Source: Alphaproteobacteria bacterium (GTDB lineage: Bacteria > Pseudomonadota > Alphaproteobacteria > MPNO01). Taken from it: a DNA stretch of 64,000 nt. Location of the stretch: the NCBI GenBank assembly GCA_965248835.1, contig CBDFLJ010000001.1, positions 544,001 to 608,000 of the forward strand, read 5' to 3'. The notes beneath the pieces were generated by a model. The model was not told where the DNA came from, made no database searches, and saw only the letters and a program-made list of their open reading frames with translations. Made by a program: the position numbers and the translations under genes. This document shows positions 27,636 through 37,047 of the stretch, one piece after another (within the stretch, counting starts at the first letter, position 1; the number at the start of each line of letters is the position of its first letter).

Positions 27636-29289
27636 GCGGATCGGCGCGGGCGAGATCGTCGCTTCGTTCCTGGAGGCCTGCGGGGTCGAGGCGGCCTACG
27701 GCGTGATCAGCATCCACAACATGCCGATCCTCGATGCGATCGGCCGGCGCAACCGGATCCGCTTCGTCACCGCTCGGGGCGAAGGGGCGGCCGTCAACAT
27801 GGCCGATGCCCATGCCCGGGTCTCCGGCTGCCTCGGGGTGGCGTTCTCCAGCACCGGGACCGCCGCCGGCAATGCCTGCGGCGCGCTGGTCGAGGCCCAG
27901 ACCGCCGGCACCGCACTGTTGCACATCACCGGCCAGATCGAGTGTGCCTATCTGGATCAGGACAGGGGCTACATCCACGAGGCGCGCGATCAGCTCACCA
28001 TGCTGCGCGCGGTCTCCAAAGCCGCCTACCGCGTAATGAGCCCGCAGACCCTGCTCGGCACCTTGCGCGAGGCCGCCCGCGTCGCGCTCAGCCCGCCGGC
28101 CGGACCCGTCAGCATCGAGATCCCGATCGACATCCAGGAGGCCGCGATCGCGCGGCCCGGCGACATCGCCCCCGTCCCGGCGATCGTGCCCGAGCCCGAC
28201 CCGGCGAGCCTGGATGCGCTTGCCGACGCGCTGGCCGGCGCCAAACGCCCGATCCTGTGGCTCGGCGGCGGCGCGCGCGGGGCCGCGGCCGAGGCGCGCG
28301 CGCTGGTCGAGCTCGGTTTCGGCTGCGTGACCAGCATCCAGGGCCGCGGCACGGTCGCCGAGGGACACCCCCGCTCGCTGGGAGCGTTCAACTTCCAGCC
28401 GCCGGTCGAGGCGCTCTATCGAAGCTGCGATGCGATGCTCGTCGTCGGCTCTCGCCTGCGCGGCAACGAGACCCTGAAATATCGGCTCGCGCTCCCCGAC
28501 CCGCTCTACCGGATCGACGCCGATGCGCGGGCCGACGGCCGCTCGTTCGCAAACGCGCAGTTCATCGCCGGCGATGCCGCGCGGGCGTTGGGCGGGCTCG
28601 CGGACCGGCTGGCCGGCCGGATCGCGGTCGATGCGGGCTTCGATGCCGATATCGCCGCCGCGCGGCAAGCCGCCGAGACGGCGATGCGCGCCGCGCTCGG
28701 CCCCTACGAGCGTCTGGTCGAAGCGCTTCAGGACGCGGTGCCGGCGGATCTCGTCTGGGTGCGCGACATCACGCTGTCCAACAGCATGTGGGGCAACCGG
28801 AGGCCGCGCCTGTCGGGGCCGCGCGACGGAGTCCACGCACTGGGCGGCGGGATCGGCCAGGGCCTGCCGATGGCGATCGGTGCCGCGATCGCCGCCGGAG
28901 CGCGCAAGACCGTGGCCATGCTCGGCGACGGCGGGTTCGCCGTCACCCTGGGCGAGATCGCGACCCTCGTTCAGGAGCGGGCGCCGGTCGCGCTCATCGT
29001 CATGAACGACCGCGGCTACGGGGTGATCCGCAACATCCAGGACCGCCAGTTCGAGGGCAGGCGGTATTTCGCCGACCTCAGCCTGCCCGACCTCGGGAAA
29101 CTCTCCGAAGGGCTCGGCCTGCCGTTCCGCAGGATCGGCGAGGAGGACGCCATCGGCCCGGCGCTCGATTGGGCGATCGGCCAGGACGGGCCGGCGTTGA
29201 TCGAGATCGATATGATCGCATTGGGGCCTTTCGCGCGGCCTTTCGCCGGACCGCCGGTCCGCGAGGTCGAGATCGAGGCCAAGGCGTGA
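27628..29289 (+). CDS. Thiamine-diphosphate-dependent enzyme (acetolactate synthase/decarboxylase-like)
   Basis: ARGE catalytic Glu, GDGG...ND ThDP-binding motif. Confidence 0.92.
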   Translation: MSERIGAGEIVASFLEACGVEAAYGVISIHNMPILDAIGRRNRIRFVTARGEGAAVNMADAHARVSGCLGVAFSSTGTAAGNACGALVEAQTAGTALLHITGQIECAYLDQDRGYIHEARDQLTMLRAVSKAAYRVMSPQTLLGTLREAARVALSPPAGPVSIEIPIDIQEAAIARPGDIAPVPAIVPEPDPASLDALADALAGAKRPILWLGGGARGAAAEARALVELGFGCVTSIQGRGTVAEGHPRSLGAFNFQPPVEALYRSCDAMLVVGSRLRGNETLKYRLALPDPLYRIDADARADGRSFANAQFIAGDAARALGGLADRLAGRIAVDAGFDADIAAARQAAETAMRAALGPYERLVEALQDAVPADLVWVRDITLSNSMWGNRRPRLSGPRDGVHALGGGIGQGLPMAIGAAIAAGARKTVAMLGDGGFAVTLGEIATLVQERAPVALIVMNDRGYGVIRNIQDRQFEGRRYFADLSLPDLGKLSEGLGLPFRRIGEEDAIGPALDWAIGQDGPALIEIDMIALGPFARPFAGPPVREVEIEAKA

Positions 29290-29293
29290 TCGA

Positions 29294-30091
29294 ATGTTGA
29301 ACGTCGCTCTGATCGGCTTCGGCGCCATCGCCCAGGAGGTGATCAGCCATATCGGCGCCGACGACCCGGCGAAGATAACCGGTGTCATCGTCCGCCCCGG
29401 CCGCGCCGAGGCGGCCCGCGCGGTCCTTGACGCCGGCGTGGCGGTCGCGGAGTCCTTGGACGGGCTGCCCGCCAGACCTGACCTGATCGCCGAATGCGCC
29501 GGTCACGGCGCGGTCGCCCAATACGGCGCGGCGGCGCTGCGCCGCGGGATCGATTTCCTGGTGATCTCGATCGGCGCGCTGGCCGACCGCGATCTCGGCG
29601 CCAGGCTCGAGCAGGCGGCCGAGGCCGGCGGCGCCAAGCTCATCCTGCCGGCCGGGGCGGTCGCCGGGGCCGACGCGCTGACGGCCGCCCGCGTCGGCGG
29701 GCTCGCGCGCGTCACCTACACCTCGCGCAAGCCGCCCGGGGCGTGGAAGGGTACCCCGGCCGAGGCGGCCCACGACCTGGAGTCGATGTGCGCCGAGACT
29801 GTCCTGTTCGAGGGGCCGGCCGACCAGGCGGCCAGGCTCTATCCGCAGAACGCCAACGTGGCCGCGACCATTGCGCTTGCCGGCGCCGGCTTCGATGCCA
29901 CTGCCGTCCGGTTGGTCGCCGACCCGCAGGCCGGCGGCAATATCCATCAGGTCCATGCCGAAGGAGCGTTCGGCGCCTTCGACATCGAGGTGCGTGGCCG
30001 CCCGCTGCCGGACAACCCCAAGACCTCGACCCTGGCCGCCCATTCCGTGGTGGCCGAAATCCGCCGCCGCGCGGCCGCAATCGAGATTTAG
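29294..30091 (+). CDS. nadX: L-aspartate dehydrogenase family protein
   Basis: GFGAIA, ECAGH, SIGALAD, YPQNANVAA, NPKTS. Confidence 0.9.
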   Translation: MLNVALIGFGAIAQEVISHIGADDPAKITGVIVRPGRAEAARAVLDAGVAVAESLDGLPARPDLIAECAGHGAVAQYGAAALRRGIDFLVISIGALADRDLGARLEQAAEAGGAKLILPAGAVAGADALTAARVGGLARVTYTSRKPPGAWKGTPAEAAHDLESMCAETVLFEGPADQAARLYPQNANVAATIALAGAGFDATAVRLVADPQAGGNIHQVHAEGAFGAFDIEVRGRPLPDNPKTSTLAAHSVVAEIRRRAAAIEI

Positions 30092-30096
30092 CCGAG

Positions 30097-31026
30097 ATGA
30101 TCATCGACTGGCACACCCACGCCTACCCGCCTGAAGACCAGGCGCACGCGTTCTGGAAGGGCCGCTGCCCGATCACCATCGAGAACGTGCTGGCCGCCCA
30201 CGAGCGCGGCGGCATCGACGTCACCGTGATCAGCAACCCCTTTCACGAGCTCGCCCAGATGGAGCCGGACGACCAGCTCAGGAACGTCCGGCGCATGAAC
30301 GACTTCCTGGCCGGGCAGCGGGACAGGCACCCCGACCGGCTGGTCGCCTTTGCGACCGGCGTTCCCTGTGGCGGCGACGGTTTCCTCAAGGAGACCGAGC
30401 GCGCGGTCCGCGCGCTCGATCTGCGCGGGGTGATCGCGATGTCGAGCCTCAAGGGCGCCTATCCCGACGACGACGCGGCGAAGCCGTTCTTCGGGCTGAT
30501 CGAGGCGCTCGGCGTGCCGGTGATGATCCATCCGCCGGCCGTTGCCTTCGGCGAGGAGCGGCTGCGCGAGTACCGGCTGGCCTCGAGCATCGGCCGGCCG
30601 GCGGACAACTGCCTGGCCATCGCCCGGCTCCTGGTCCGCGGCATTTTCGAGCAGTTTCCCGACCTCAAGCTGGTCGGCTCGCATCTCGGCGGCGGCATTT
30701 GCGAAGTGATCGGCCGGATGGAATACGCCTACGAGCTCCAGGACGAGGCCTATTTCCTCGGCCCCTACGAGCCGATGCTGATCCGACATTCGCCGATGCA
30801 CTATCTGAAGATGATGTATCTGGATTGCGTCTGCTACCACGCGCCAGCCGCGCGGTGCGCGATCGAGACCATCGGTGCGGACCGGATCATGTTCGGCACC
30901 GATTCCCCGCCGCTCTACCCGTTGAAGGAACGCGGCCTGGAGGTAATCCAGGGCCTTGGGCTCGCTGCGAGCGAGGAGGCGAAAATCCTGAGCGGCAACG
31001 CGAAGCGCTTATTGAAGCTCGACTGA
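30097..31026 (+). CDS. Amidohydrolase-2 family protein (ACMSD-like decarboxylase/hydrolase)
   Basis: IDWHTH, MIHP, SHLGGG, MFGTDSP. Confidence 0.88.
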   Translation: MIIDWHTHAYPPEDQAHAFWKGRCPITIENVLAAHERGGIDVTVISNPFHELAQMEPDDQLRNVRRMNDFLAGQRDRHPDRLVAFATGVPCGGDGFLKETERAVRALDLRGVIAMSSLKGAYPDDDAAKPFFGLIEALGVPVMIHPPAVAFGEERLREYRLASSIGRPADNCLAIARLLVRGIFEQFPDLKLVGSHLGGGICEVIGRMEYAYELQDEAYFLGPYEPMLIRHSPMHYLKMMYLDCVCYHAPAARCAIETIGADRIMFGTDSPPLYPLKERGLEVIQGLGLAASEEAKILSGNAKRLLKLD

Positions 31027-31051
31027 TTTGCAAACCAGGGAGGCAAGACCG

Positions 31052-31678
31052 ATGAGCGATGCGGCAAACGTTCAGGGCCAGGTGCTGGACGACAAAACCA
31101 TCGAGCCCAGAGGGCACTATGCGGGCGAAGTCAGGGCGGGAGAGGTATTCCGGATCATCGATATCGAGGGCGAGCAGGTCGCCGATTTCCTGTGCTTCAA
31201 CCTCGCCCGGCTGGAAGAGAAGCTCTCGCCGCACAACACGCTGCTGTTGAACGGCTCGGTGTTCCCCGGCATCGGCTACACGCTGTTCTCCGATGAGGCG
31301 GGCAGGCTGATGACGATCACCGCCGATACCTGCGGCACCCACGACATGATCGCCGGCGCCTGCTCACGGTTCACCAACGAATACCGCTACCACATCCCGG
31401 ACCTGCCCAACTGCCGCGACAACTTCGCCGCGGCGCTGGCCCCCTGGGGGATCACCTGGAAGCAGGTCCCCTACAACATGAACGTCTTCATGAACTGCCC
31501 GATCCAGCCCGACGGCGGCTTTTCGATCGAGCTGCCCAAATCCAAGGCCGGCGACCATATCGACTTCACCGCCGACATGGATGTCCTGGTCGCCATGTCG
31601 AACTGCCCGCAGGAGCGCAACAAGTGCAACAACTTCAAGGTCAAGCCGATGCGGGTCATCCACTACCGCCCGGGCTGA
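31052..31678 (+). CDS. DUF1989/urea-carboxylase-associated family protein
   Basis: EGEQVADF, HDMIAGAC, NCRDN, NVFMN, MSNCPQ. Confidence 0.88.
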   Translation: MSDAANVQGQVLDDKTIEPRGHYAGEVRAGEVFRIIDIEGEQVADFLCFNLARLEEKLSPHNTLLLNGSVFPGIGYTLFSDEAGRLMTITADTCGTHDMIAGACSRFTNEYRYHIPDLPNCRDNFAAALAPWGITWKQVPYNMNVFMNCPIQPDGGFSIELPKSKAGDHIDFTADMDVLVAMSNCPQERNKCNNFKVKPMRVIHYRPG

Positions 31679-31702
31679 GCCGGCGATCCCGGGCGCGGGA
31701 CC

Positions 31703-32845
31703 TTAACGCTGGGCCAGATTGCTGACCTGGCCGGTGTCGTCCAGCCGGTTGCCGCCGGTGTCGATATCCGGCTTCAGGCGCTCCCATTCGTCGAGATAGG
31801 TGCGGGTGTGGCCGCGGAAGTGCGGGATGACGTAGCGCGCGAACAGCTCCAGCGAACGGCGCAGGCGCGGCGTGTCGGTCCACTCATGGGTGGTCAGCAT
31901 CAGCCCGCCGAACCCGCCGGTCTCGGCCTGCTTCCGCTCGATCCAGGCGATCGCGTCATCGGGGGTGCCGACGATCCAGTCGCGCCGCTCGATGCAGGAC
32001 TCCACGGTGAACTCGCGCACCGGCTGGTCGGGATGGCTCTGATAGGCGAACCTCAGCCCGATCGAGGAGAAATATTCGGCATCGCGCAGGATGCCGGCGC
32101 CGACATCGGCGATCGCCTCCTGCCGGCTGTCGGCGAGGTAGACGCAGGTCGCAAGCCGCCAGTCATCGCGCGAGACGGTCGTGCCCAAGCCGGCGGCCAC
32201 CCCTTCCAACCGGTCCCAGCGCTCGGCCAGCGTGCCGTAGGGGCCAACGTTCTTTCCGGTGGGCATCAACAGGCCGGTGCCGTGCCTGGCAACCAGGCCG
32301 AAGCTGTCGTCGCTGCCCGATGAGGCCACCGTGATCGGCAAACGCGGCTGCTGGTAGGCGCGCAGTTGCAGGCGCATGTCTTCGAACGACCAGAAATCAC
32401 CGCGATGGCTGATCGGCTCGGGCGAGTCCAGCAGCCGCACGATGATGTCCAGCGCCTCGGACATCATCGGATAGAGCTTGGCGTCGGGCAGCCGGAAGAG
32501 CTTCTTGTCGGTGATCAAATTGCTGGGCCCGATGCCCAGGATCGCGCGACCCTTGGTCAGGTGGTCGAGGAAGGCGATGCGCTCGGCGACGTGGAACGGA
32601 TGGTGGAACGGCAGGCTGACCACCGAGGTGCCGAGCCTGATGCGGTGCGCATTCGCCGCTGCCATCGCCAGCGCCATCTCGGGCGCCGGCATGGTCTCCC
32701 AACCGCCTGAATGGTGCTCGCCGATGAAGAACTCGTCATAGTCCAGCTCGTCGGCCAGATGGATGAACGAGATGTCGCGCTGAAACGCCAGCGCCGGGTT
32801 CTCCGAGGGATGATGCACCGGCATCATGAAAAACGAGAACTTCAA
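31703..32845 (-). CDS. Luciferase-like (LLM) flavin-dependent monooxygenase
   Basis: FFMMPVH, FIGEHHSGGWE, SLPFHHP, WIVGTPDD; TTG start. Confidence 0.9.
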   Translation of the reverse strand: MKFSFFMMPVHHPSENPALAFQRDISFIHLADELDYDEFFIGEHHSGGWETMPAPEMALAMAAANAHRIRLGTSVVSLPFHHPFHVAERIAFLDHLTKGRAILGIGPSNLITDKKLFRLPDAKLYPMMSEALDIIVRLLDSPEPISHRGDFWSFEDMRLQLRAYQQPRLPITVASSGSDDSFGLVARHGTGLLMPTGKNVGPYGTLAERWDRLEGVAAGLGTTVSRDDWRLATCVYLADSRQEAIADVGAGILRDAEYFSSIGLRFAYQSHPDQPVREFTVESCIERRDWIVGTPDDAIAWIERKQAETGGFGGLMLTTHEWTDTPRLRRSLELFARYVIPHFRGHTRTYLDEWERLKPDIDTGGNRLDDTGQVSNLAQR

Positions 32846-33025
32846 GACCTGCCCCTGTTCGGGTTTCGGTTTGCCACGCGAGGGAGTCTATCGACGGGCG
32901 CGCCCTGCTGCCAGTTCACCGCGGACACCATTCGCACCGGCCGCGCCGGCAGGTTATCTTGCACATCGCGCGCGGCCGGGCGCGCCGCCGTCAAGGATCG
33001 ATGCCGCTGGGGAGGCGGGGCTTGA

Positions 33026-34504
33026 ATGAGTGATTCCGGGTTCGATGTCGTCGTCGTGGGCGCCGGAAACGCGGCGCTGTGCGCGGCCCTTGCCGCGGAG
33101 GAGAACGGCGCCAAGGTGCTGGTGCTCGAGCGCGCGAACGAAGACGAGTCCGGCGGCAATTCGCGCTTCACCGCCGGCGCGATGCGGGTGGTCTATGACG
33201 GGGTCGACGACCTCAAGGCGATGATGCCCGACCTCACCAACGAAGAGATCGCGCTGACCGATTTCGGCACCTACACCCAGGACCAGTTCTACGACGACAT
33301 GGCTCGGGTCACCCAGTACCGCGCCGACCCCGACATGGTCGAGCTCCTGGTCACCCGGAGCCGCGACACGCTGCTGTGGATGCGAGACAAGGGCGTGCGG
33401 TTCGCGCCGATCTGGGGCCGCCAGGCGTTCAAGGTCGACGGCAGGTTCAAGTTCTGGGGCGGGCTGACGGTCGAGGCGTGGGGCGGCGGGCCGGGCCTGG
33501 TCGAGGCGCTGCACGACAGCGCGCGCAAGCGCGGCATCGAGATCCGCTACGGCAGCCGCGCGGTCGCGCTTCTGTTCGACGGCATCACCGTCAGCGGGGT
33601 CCGCGTCAAGCACGCCGCCAAGATCGAGGAGATCCGAGCCCGGGCCGTCGTCCTGGCCGCCGGCGGCTTCCAGGGCAACTACGAATGGCGCACACGCTAT
33701 CTGGGCCCGGGCTGGGAGCTCGCCAAGGTCCGCGGCACGCGGTTCAACACCGGCGACGGCATCCGCATGGCGCTCGACATCGGCGCTATGCCCTACGGCA
33801 ACTGGTCGGGCTGCCACGCGGTCGGCTGGGAGCGCAACGCGCCGGAATTCGGCGACCTCGCAGTGGGCGACCAGTTCCAGAAGCACAGCTATCCCTTCGC
33901 CATCATGGTCAACGCCGACGGCAAGCGCTTCGTCGATGAGGGCGCGGACTTCCGCAACTACACCTATGCCAAGTACGGCCGCGTGATCCTCGAGCAGCCG
34001 GGCCAGTTCGCCTGGCAGATCTTCGATGCCAAGGTCGCCCATCTCAAGCGCGACGAGTACAACATCCGCCAGGTCACCAAGGCCACGGCGGACACGCTGG
34101 AGGCGCTCGCCCCACAGCTCGACGGCGTCGACCCGGACGCGTTCCTGGCCACCGTGGCGGCGTACAACCGGGCCGTCCGCACCGACATCCCGTTCGATCC
34201 CAACGTCAAGGACGGCCGCTGCACCGAGGGTCTGGAGATCCCCAAGTCCAACTGGGCCAACGTGCTCGACACCCCGCCGTTCGAGGCCTATGCGGTGACT
34301 TGCGGGATCACGTTCACCTTCGGCGGCCTGCGGATCAACACCGAAGGCCAGGTGCTGGACACCGAGGAAGAGCCGATCCCGGGCCTCTATGCGGCCGGAG
34401 AACTGGTCGGCGGCATCTTCTACTTCAACTATCCCGGTGGCAGCGGCCTGACCTCGGGCTCGGTGTTCGGCAAGATCGCCGGCACCTCGGCCGGGCGCGC
34501 GTGA
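33026..34504 (+). CDS. tcuA: FAD-dependent tricarballylate dehydrogenase TcuA-like flavoprotein
   Basis: GAGNAALCAA, GGNSRFT, AAGGFQGN, TFTFGGL, AAGELVGG.FYFNYPGGSGL. Confidence 0.82.
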   Translation: MSDSGFDVVVVGAGNAALCAALAAEENGAKVLVLERANEDESGGNSRFTAGAMRVVYDGVDDLKAMMPDLTNEEIALTDFGTYTQDQFYDDMARVTQYRADPDMVELLVTRSRDTLLWMRDKGVRFAPIWGRQAFKVDGRFKFWGGLTVEAWGGGPGLVEALHDSARKRGIEIRYGSRAVALLFDGITVSGVRVKHAAKIEEIRARAVVLAAGGFQGNYEWRTRYLGPGWELAKVRGTRFNTGDGIRMALDIGAMPYGNWSGCHAVGWERNAPEFGDLAVGDQFQKHSYPFAIMVNADGKRFVDEGADFRNYTYAKYGRVILEQPGQFAWQIFDAKVAHLKRDEYNIRQVTKATADTLEALAPQLDGVDPDAFLATVAAYNRAVRTDIPFDPNVKDGRCTEGLEIPKSNWANVLDTPPFEAYAVTCGITFTFGGLRINTEGQVLDTEEEPIPGLYAAGELVGGIFYFNYPGGSGLTSGSVFGKIAGTSAGRA

Positions 34505-34514
34505 GGAGTTGGCC

Positions 34515-35588
34515 ATGACCGTCGTCGTCGCCCAGGACGATCCGATCATCCGCAACATCCAGGTCGTCCTCGACCCCGATGCGCCGCGCGACCGCGTCGA
34601 TGCGATCGCCGACTACTTCTCCGTCGATATTCCCCGGTTCGCCCAATGGTGCGACGACCTGCGCGGCCGCGCGAGCCGGGTGTGGCCGGCCCGGTTCCGT
34701 ATGATCGAGGAGCAGGCCGATTTCGCCGGCGCTCTCGGCGATGCCGAGGGCGCCATCGTGGAGACCTTCACCGTCGGCGAGGCCGAGCTCGCGTCGGCGC
34801 CGCGTCTGAAGATCGTCCACAAGTTCGGCATCGATCTGCGCAACATCGACCTCGAGGCCTGCGCGCGCCGCGGCGTCGTGGTCAAGCCGCTCCGGCGGCG
34901 GGTCAACGGGGCGGTGGCCGAGCATGCGTTCGCGATGATGCTGGCGCTGGCCAAGCGGATCTGCGTTCTCAACGGCCGCATCGATATTGCCAGCCTGGAA
35001 GAGGCCGGATACGCCCCCAGGCTCTACGACCGGCGCCATTGCGGGGCGTCCAACTGGGGCCGGGTCGGCGGGCTCGGCACGCTGGCGGGGGCGACGCTGG
35101 GCGCGCTCGGGCTGGGCGAGATCGGCCGCGAGGTGGCAAGCCGGGCCGCGGCCTTCGGGATGGAGGTGCTGTACCACCAGCGCAACCGGCTGCCAGAGGA
35201 TGTCGAACGCGCGCATTCGGCGACCTATTGCGGCTTCGAGGCGCTGCTGGAGCGGGCCGACTACCTCACCATCCAGCTTCCGGCGACGCCCCAGACCCGC
35301 AACATGATCGACGGGGCCGCCTTTTCCCGGATGAAGCAGGGCGCGTGCCTCATCAATATCTCGCGCGCCTCGATCATCGACCGGCAAGCGCTGATCGAGG
35401 CGCTGCAGAGCGGCCGGCTGGGCGGCGCCGGGCTCGACGTGTTCTGGGAGGAGCCGGCGGCGCCGGGCGATCCCCTGATCGGGTTCCCCAACGTGATCAC
35501 CACGCCGCACACCGCGGTGGCCGCCCGCTGGAACGGCGCCGCCGACATCGAGGAGTTGGTGATGAACCTCGACGGGGCGATGCGCTGA
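34515..35588 (+). CDS. D-isomer-specific 2-hydroxyacid dehydrogenase family protein
   Basis: VAEH, GLGEIG, INISRA, GLDVFWEEP, TPH. Confidence 0.88.
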   Translation: MTVVVAQDDPIIRNIQVVLDPDAPRDRVDAIADYFSVDIPRFAQWCDDLRGRASRVWPARFRMIEEQADFAGALGDAEGAIVETFTVGEAELASAPRLKIVHKFGIDLRNIDLEACARRGVVVKPLRRRVNGAVAEHAFAMMLALAKRICVLNGRIDIASLEEAGYAPRLYDRRHCGASNWGRVGGLGTLAGATLGALGLGEIGREVASRAAAFGMEVLYHQRNRLPEDVERAHSATYCGFEALLERADYLTIQLPATPQTRNMIDGAAFSRMKQGACLINISRASIIDRQALIEALQSGRLGGAGLDVFWEEPAAPGDPLIGFPNVITTPHTAVAARWNGAADIEELVMNLDGAMR

Positions 35589-36958
35589 GCACCACCGCGA
35601 CCGGGCAGATCGCCGCGTTTGCCGCCGGGCTGCGCTTCGAGGACCTGCCCGAGCCGGTGCTCGAGCGCGGCCGCGCCCACATTCTGGATGCGCTCGGCCT
35701 TGCGATCGCCGGTGCCGGCTCACAGACCTGCCGGATCGCCCGCGCCCACATCGCGAGCCTCGGCATCGCGCCCGGCGGCGCATCCGTCATGGGTACCGCG
35801 GAGAAGACCGCGCCGCGGTTCGCAGCGCTGGTCAACGGCGCCGCGATGCATGCCGACAATTTCGACGACACCAACCCGCAGCCGACGCAAGCGCGCAACG
35901 GCGGCATCCATGCCACAGCCGCGATCCTGTCGGCCGCGCTGGCGCTTGCCGAAGCGGGCGCGCTATCGGGCCGGGCGTTCTCGACCGCCTTCCACGCCGG
36001 CAACGAGGTCGCCTGCCGGCTGAGCCATGCGATCGCGGCCAGGCACTACGACAGCGGCTTCCACTACACCGCGACGCTCAACGCCTTCGGTGCGGCGGTG
36101 GCCGCTTCGATGCTGGCCGGCCTGGACGAGGCTCGTATACGGCACGCGCTCGCCTTTGCCGCGAGTTCGGCCGGGGGGGTGCGGCACAATTTCGGCTCGA
36201 TGGTCGAGATCCTGCACCCCGGATTCGCAGCCGAGGCCGGGATCCTGGCGGCAGACTTCGCGGGGCGGGGCCTGACCGGCGGCCGCGACGCGCTCGGCGG
36301 GCGCGCCGGTTACTTCGAGGCCTCGGCCGGCGGCCTGGAGGGCGAGATCGTCCTGGGCGAGCCCTGGGCGTTCGTGTCGCCCGGCGTGTCGATCAAGCCC
36401 TTCCCGAGCGGCGCGCTGACCCACCCGGCGATGACCGGCCTGCTTGCGATCAGGCGGGAGCTCGGGCTTTCGGCCGATGACGTCGCGGCCATCCAGGTGC
36501 GCACCAACCCCCGCATCCACGACACGCTCGCCCACCACGACCCGAGGACCGCCATGCAGGCGCGCTTCTCGATGGAGTTCTGCCTGGCCGTCGCATTGGT
36601 CGAGGGCCAAGCGGGGCTCGGCGCGTTCACCGACGCGGCGACCGCGCGCTCCGACATCCGCGCGGTGATGGAGCGCATCACCTTCGATGTCTTCGACACG
36701 CCGGGGGCGGACTACACCAACATGACCACGCTGCTGGACGTGGTGCCGCGCAACGGTCCGGTCGTCAGCCGCCGCATCGACTGGGCGATCGGCGCGGCCC
36801 AGGCGCCGATGCCGTTCGAAGACGTGGCGGAAAAGGCCCGCGGCTGCGCCGCCCACGCCGGCTGGCCGGCCAGCCGCACCGCGGCGCTGATCGAAGCGGT
36901 CGCGGAGCTGGAGCGGCTGGACGACATCGGGACCTTGGCACGGCTGGCGGCAGCGTAA
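35585..36958 (+). CDS. MmgE/PrpD family protein
   Basis: ILDALG, NGAAMHADNFDD, GIH, KPFPSG..TH, RFSMEF; apparent CTG start overlapping the previous TGA. Confidence 0.85.
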   Translation: MSTTATGQIAAFAAGLRFEDLPEPVLERGRAHILDALGLAIAGAGSQTCRIARAHIASLGIAPGGASVMGTAEKTAPRFAALVNGAAMHADNFDDTNPQPTQARNGGIHATAAILSAALALAEAGALSGRAFSTAFHAGNEVACRLSHAIAARHYDSGFHYTATLNAFGAAVAASMLAGLDEARIRHALAFAASSAGGVRHNFGSMVEILHPGFAAEAGILAADFAGRGLTGGRDALGGRAGYFEASAGGLEGEIVLGEPWAFVSPGVSIKPFPSGALTHPAMTGLLAIRRELGLSADDVAAIQVRTNPRIHDTLAHHDPRTAMQARFSMEFCLAVALVEGQAGLGAFTDAATARSDIRAVMERITFDVFDTPGADYTNMTTLLDVVPRNGPVVSRRIDWAIGAAQAPMPFEDVAEKARGCAAHAGWPASRTAALIEAVAELERLDDIGTLARLAAA

Positions 36959-37047
36959 AGCCCGCAGGTTTGCCATTCCTCAGGTTTGGTGGCACGCTCG
37001 ACTTCGACCGTGCCGGCCACCACGCGCAGCACTGCGGGAGGTCTTTC

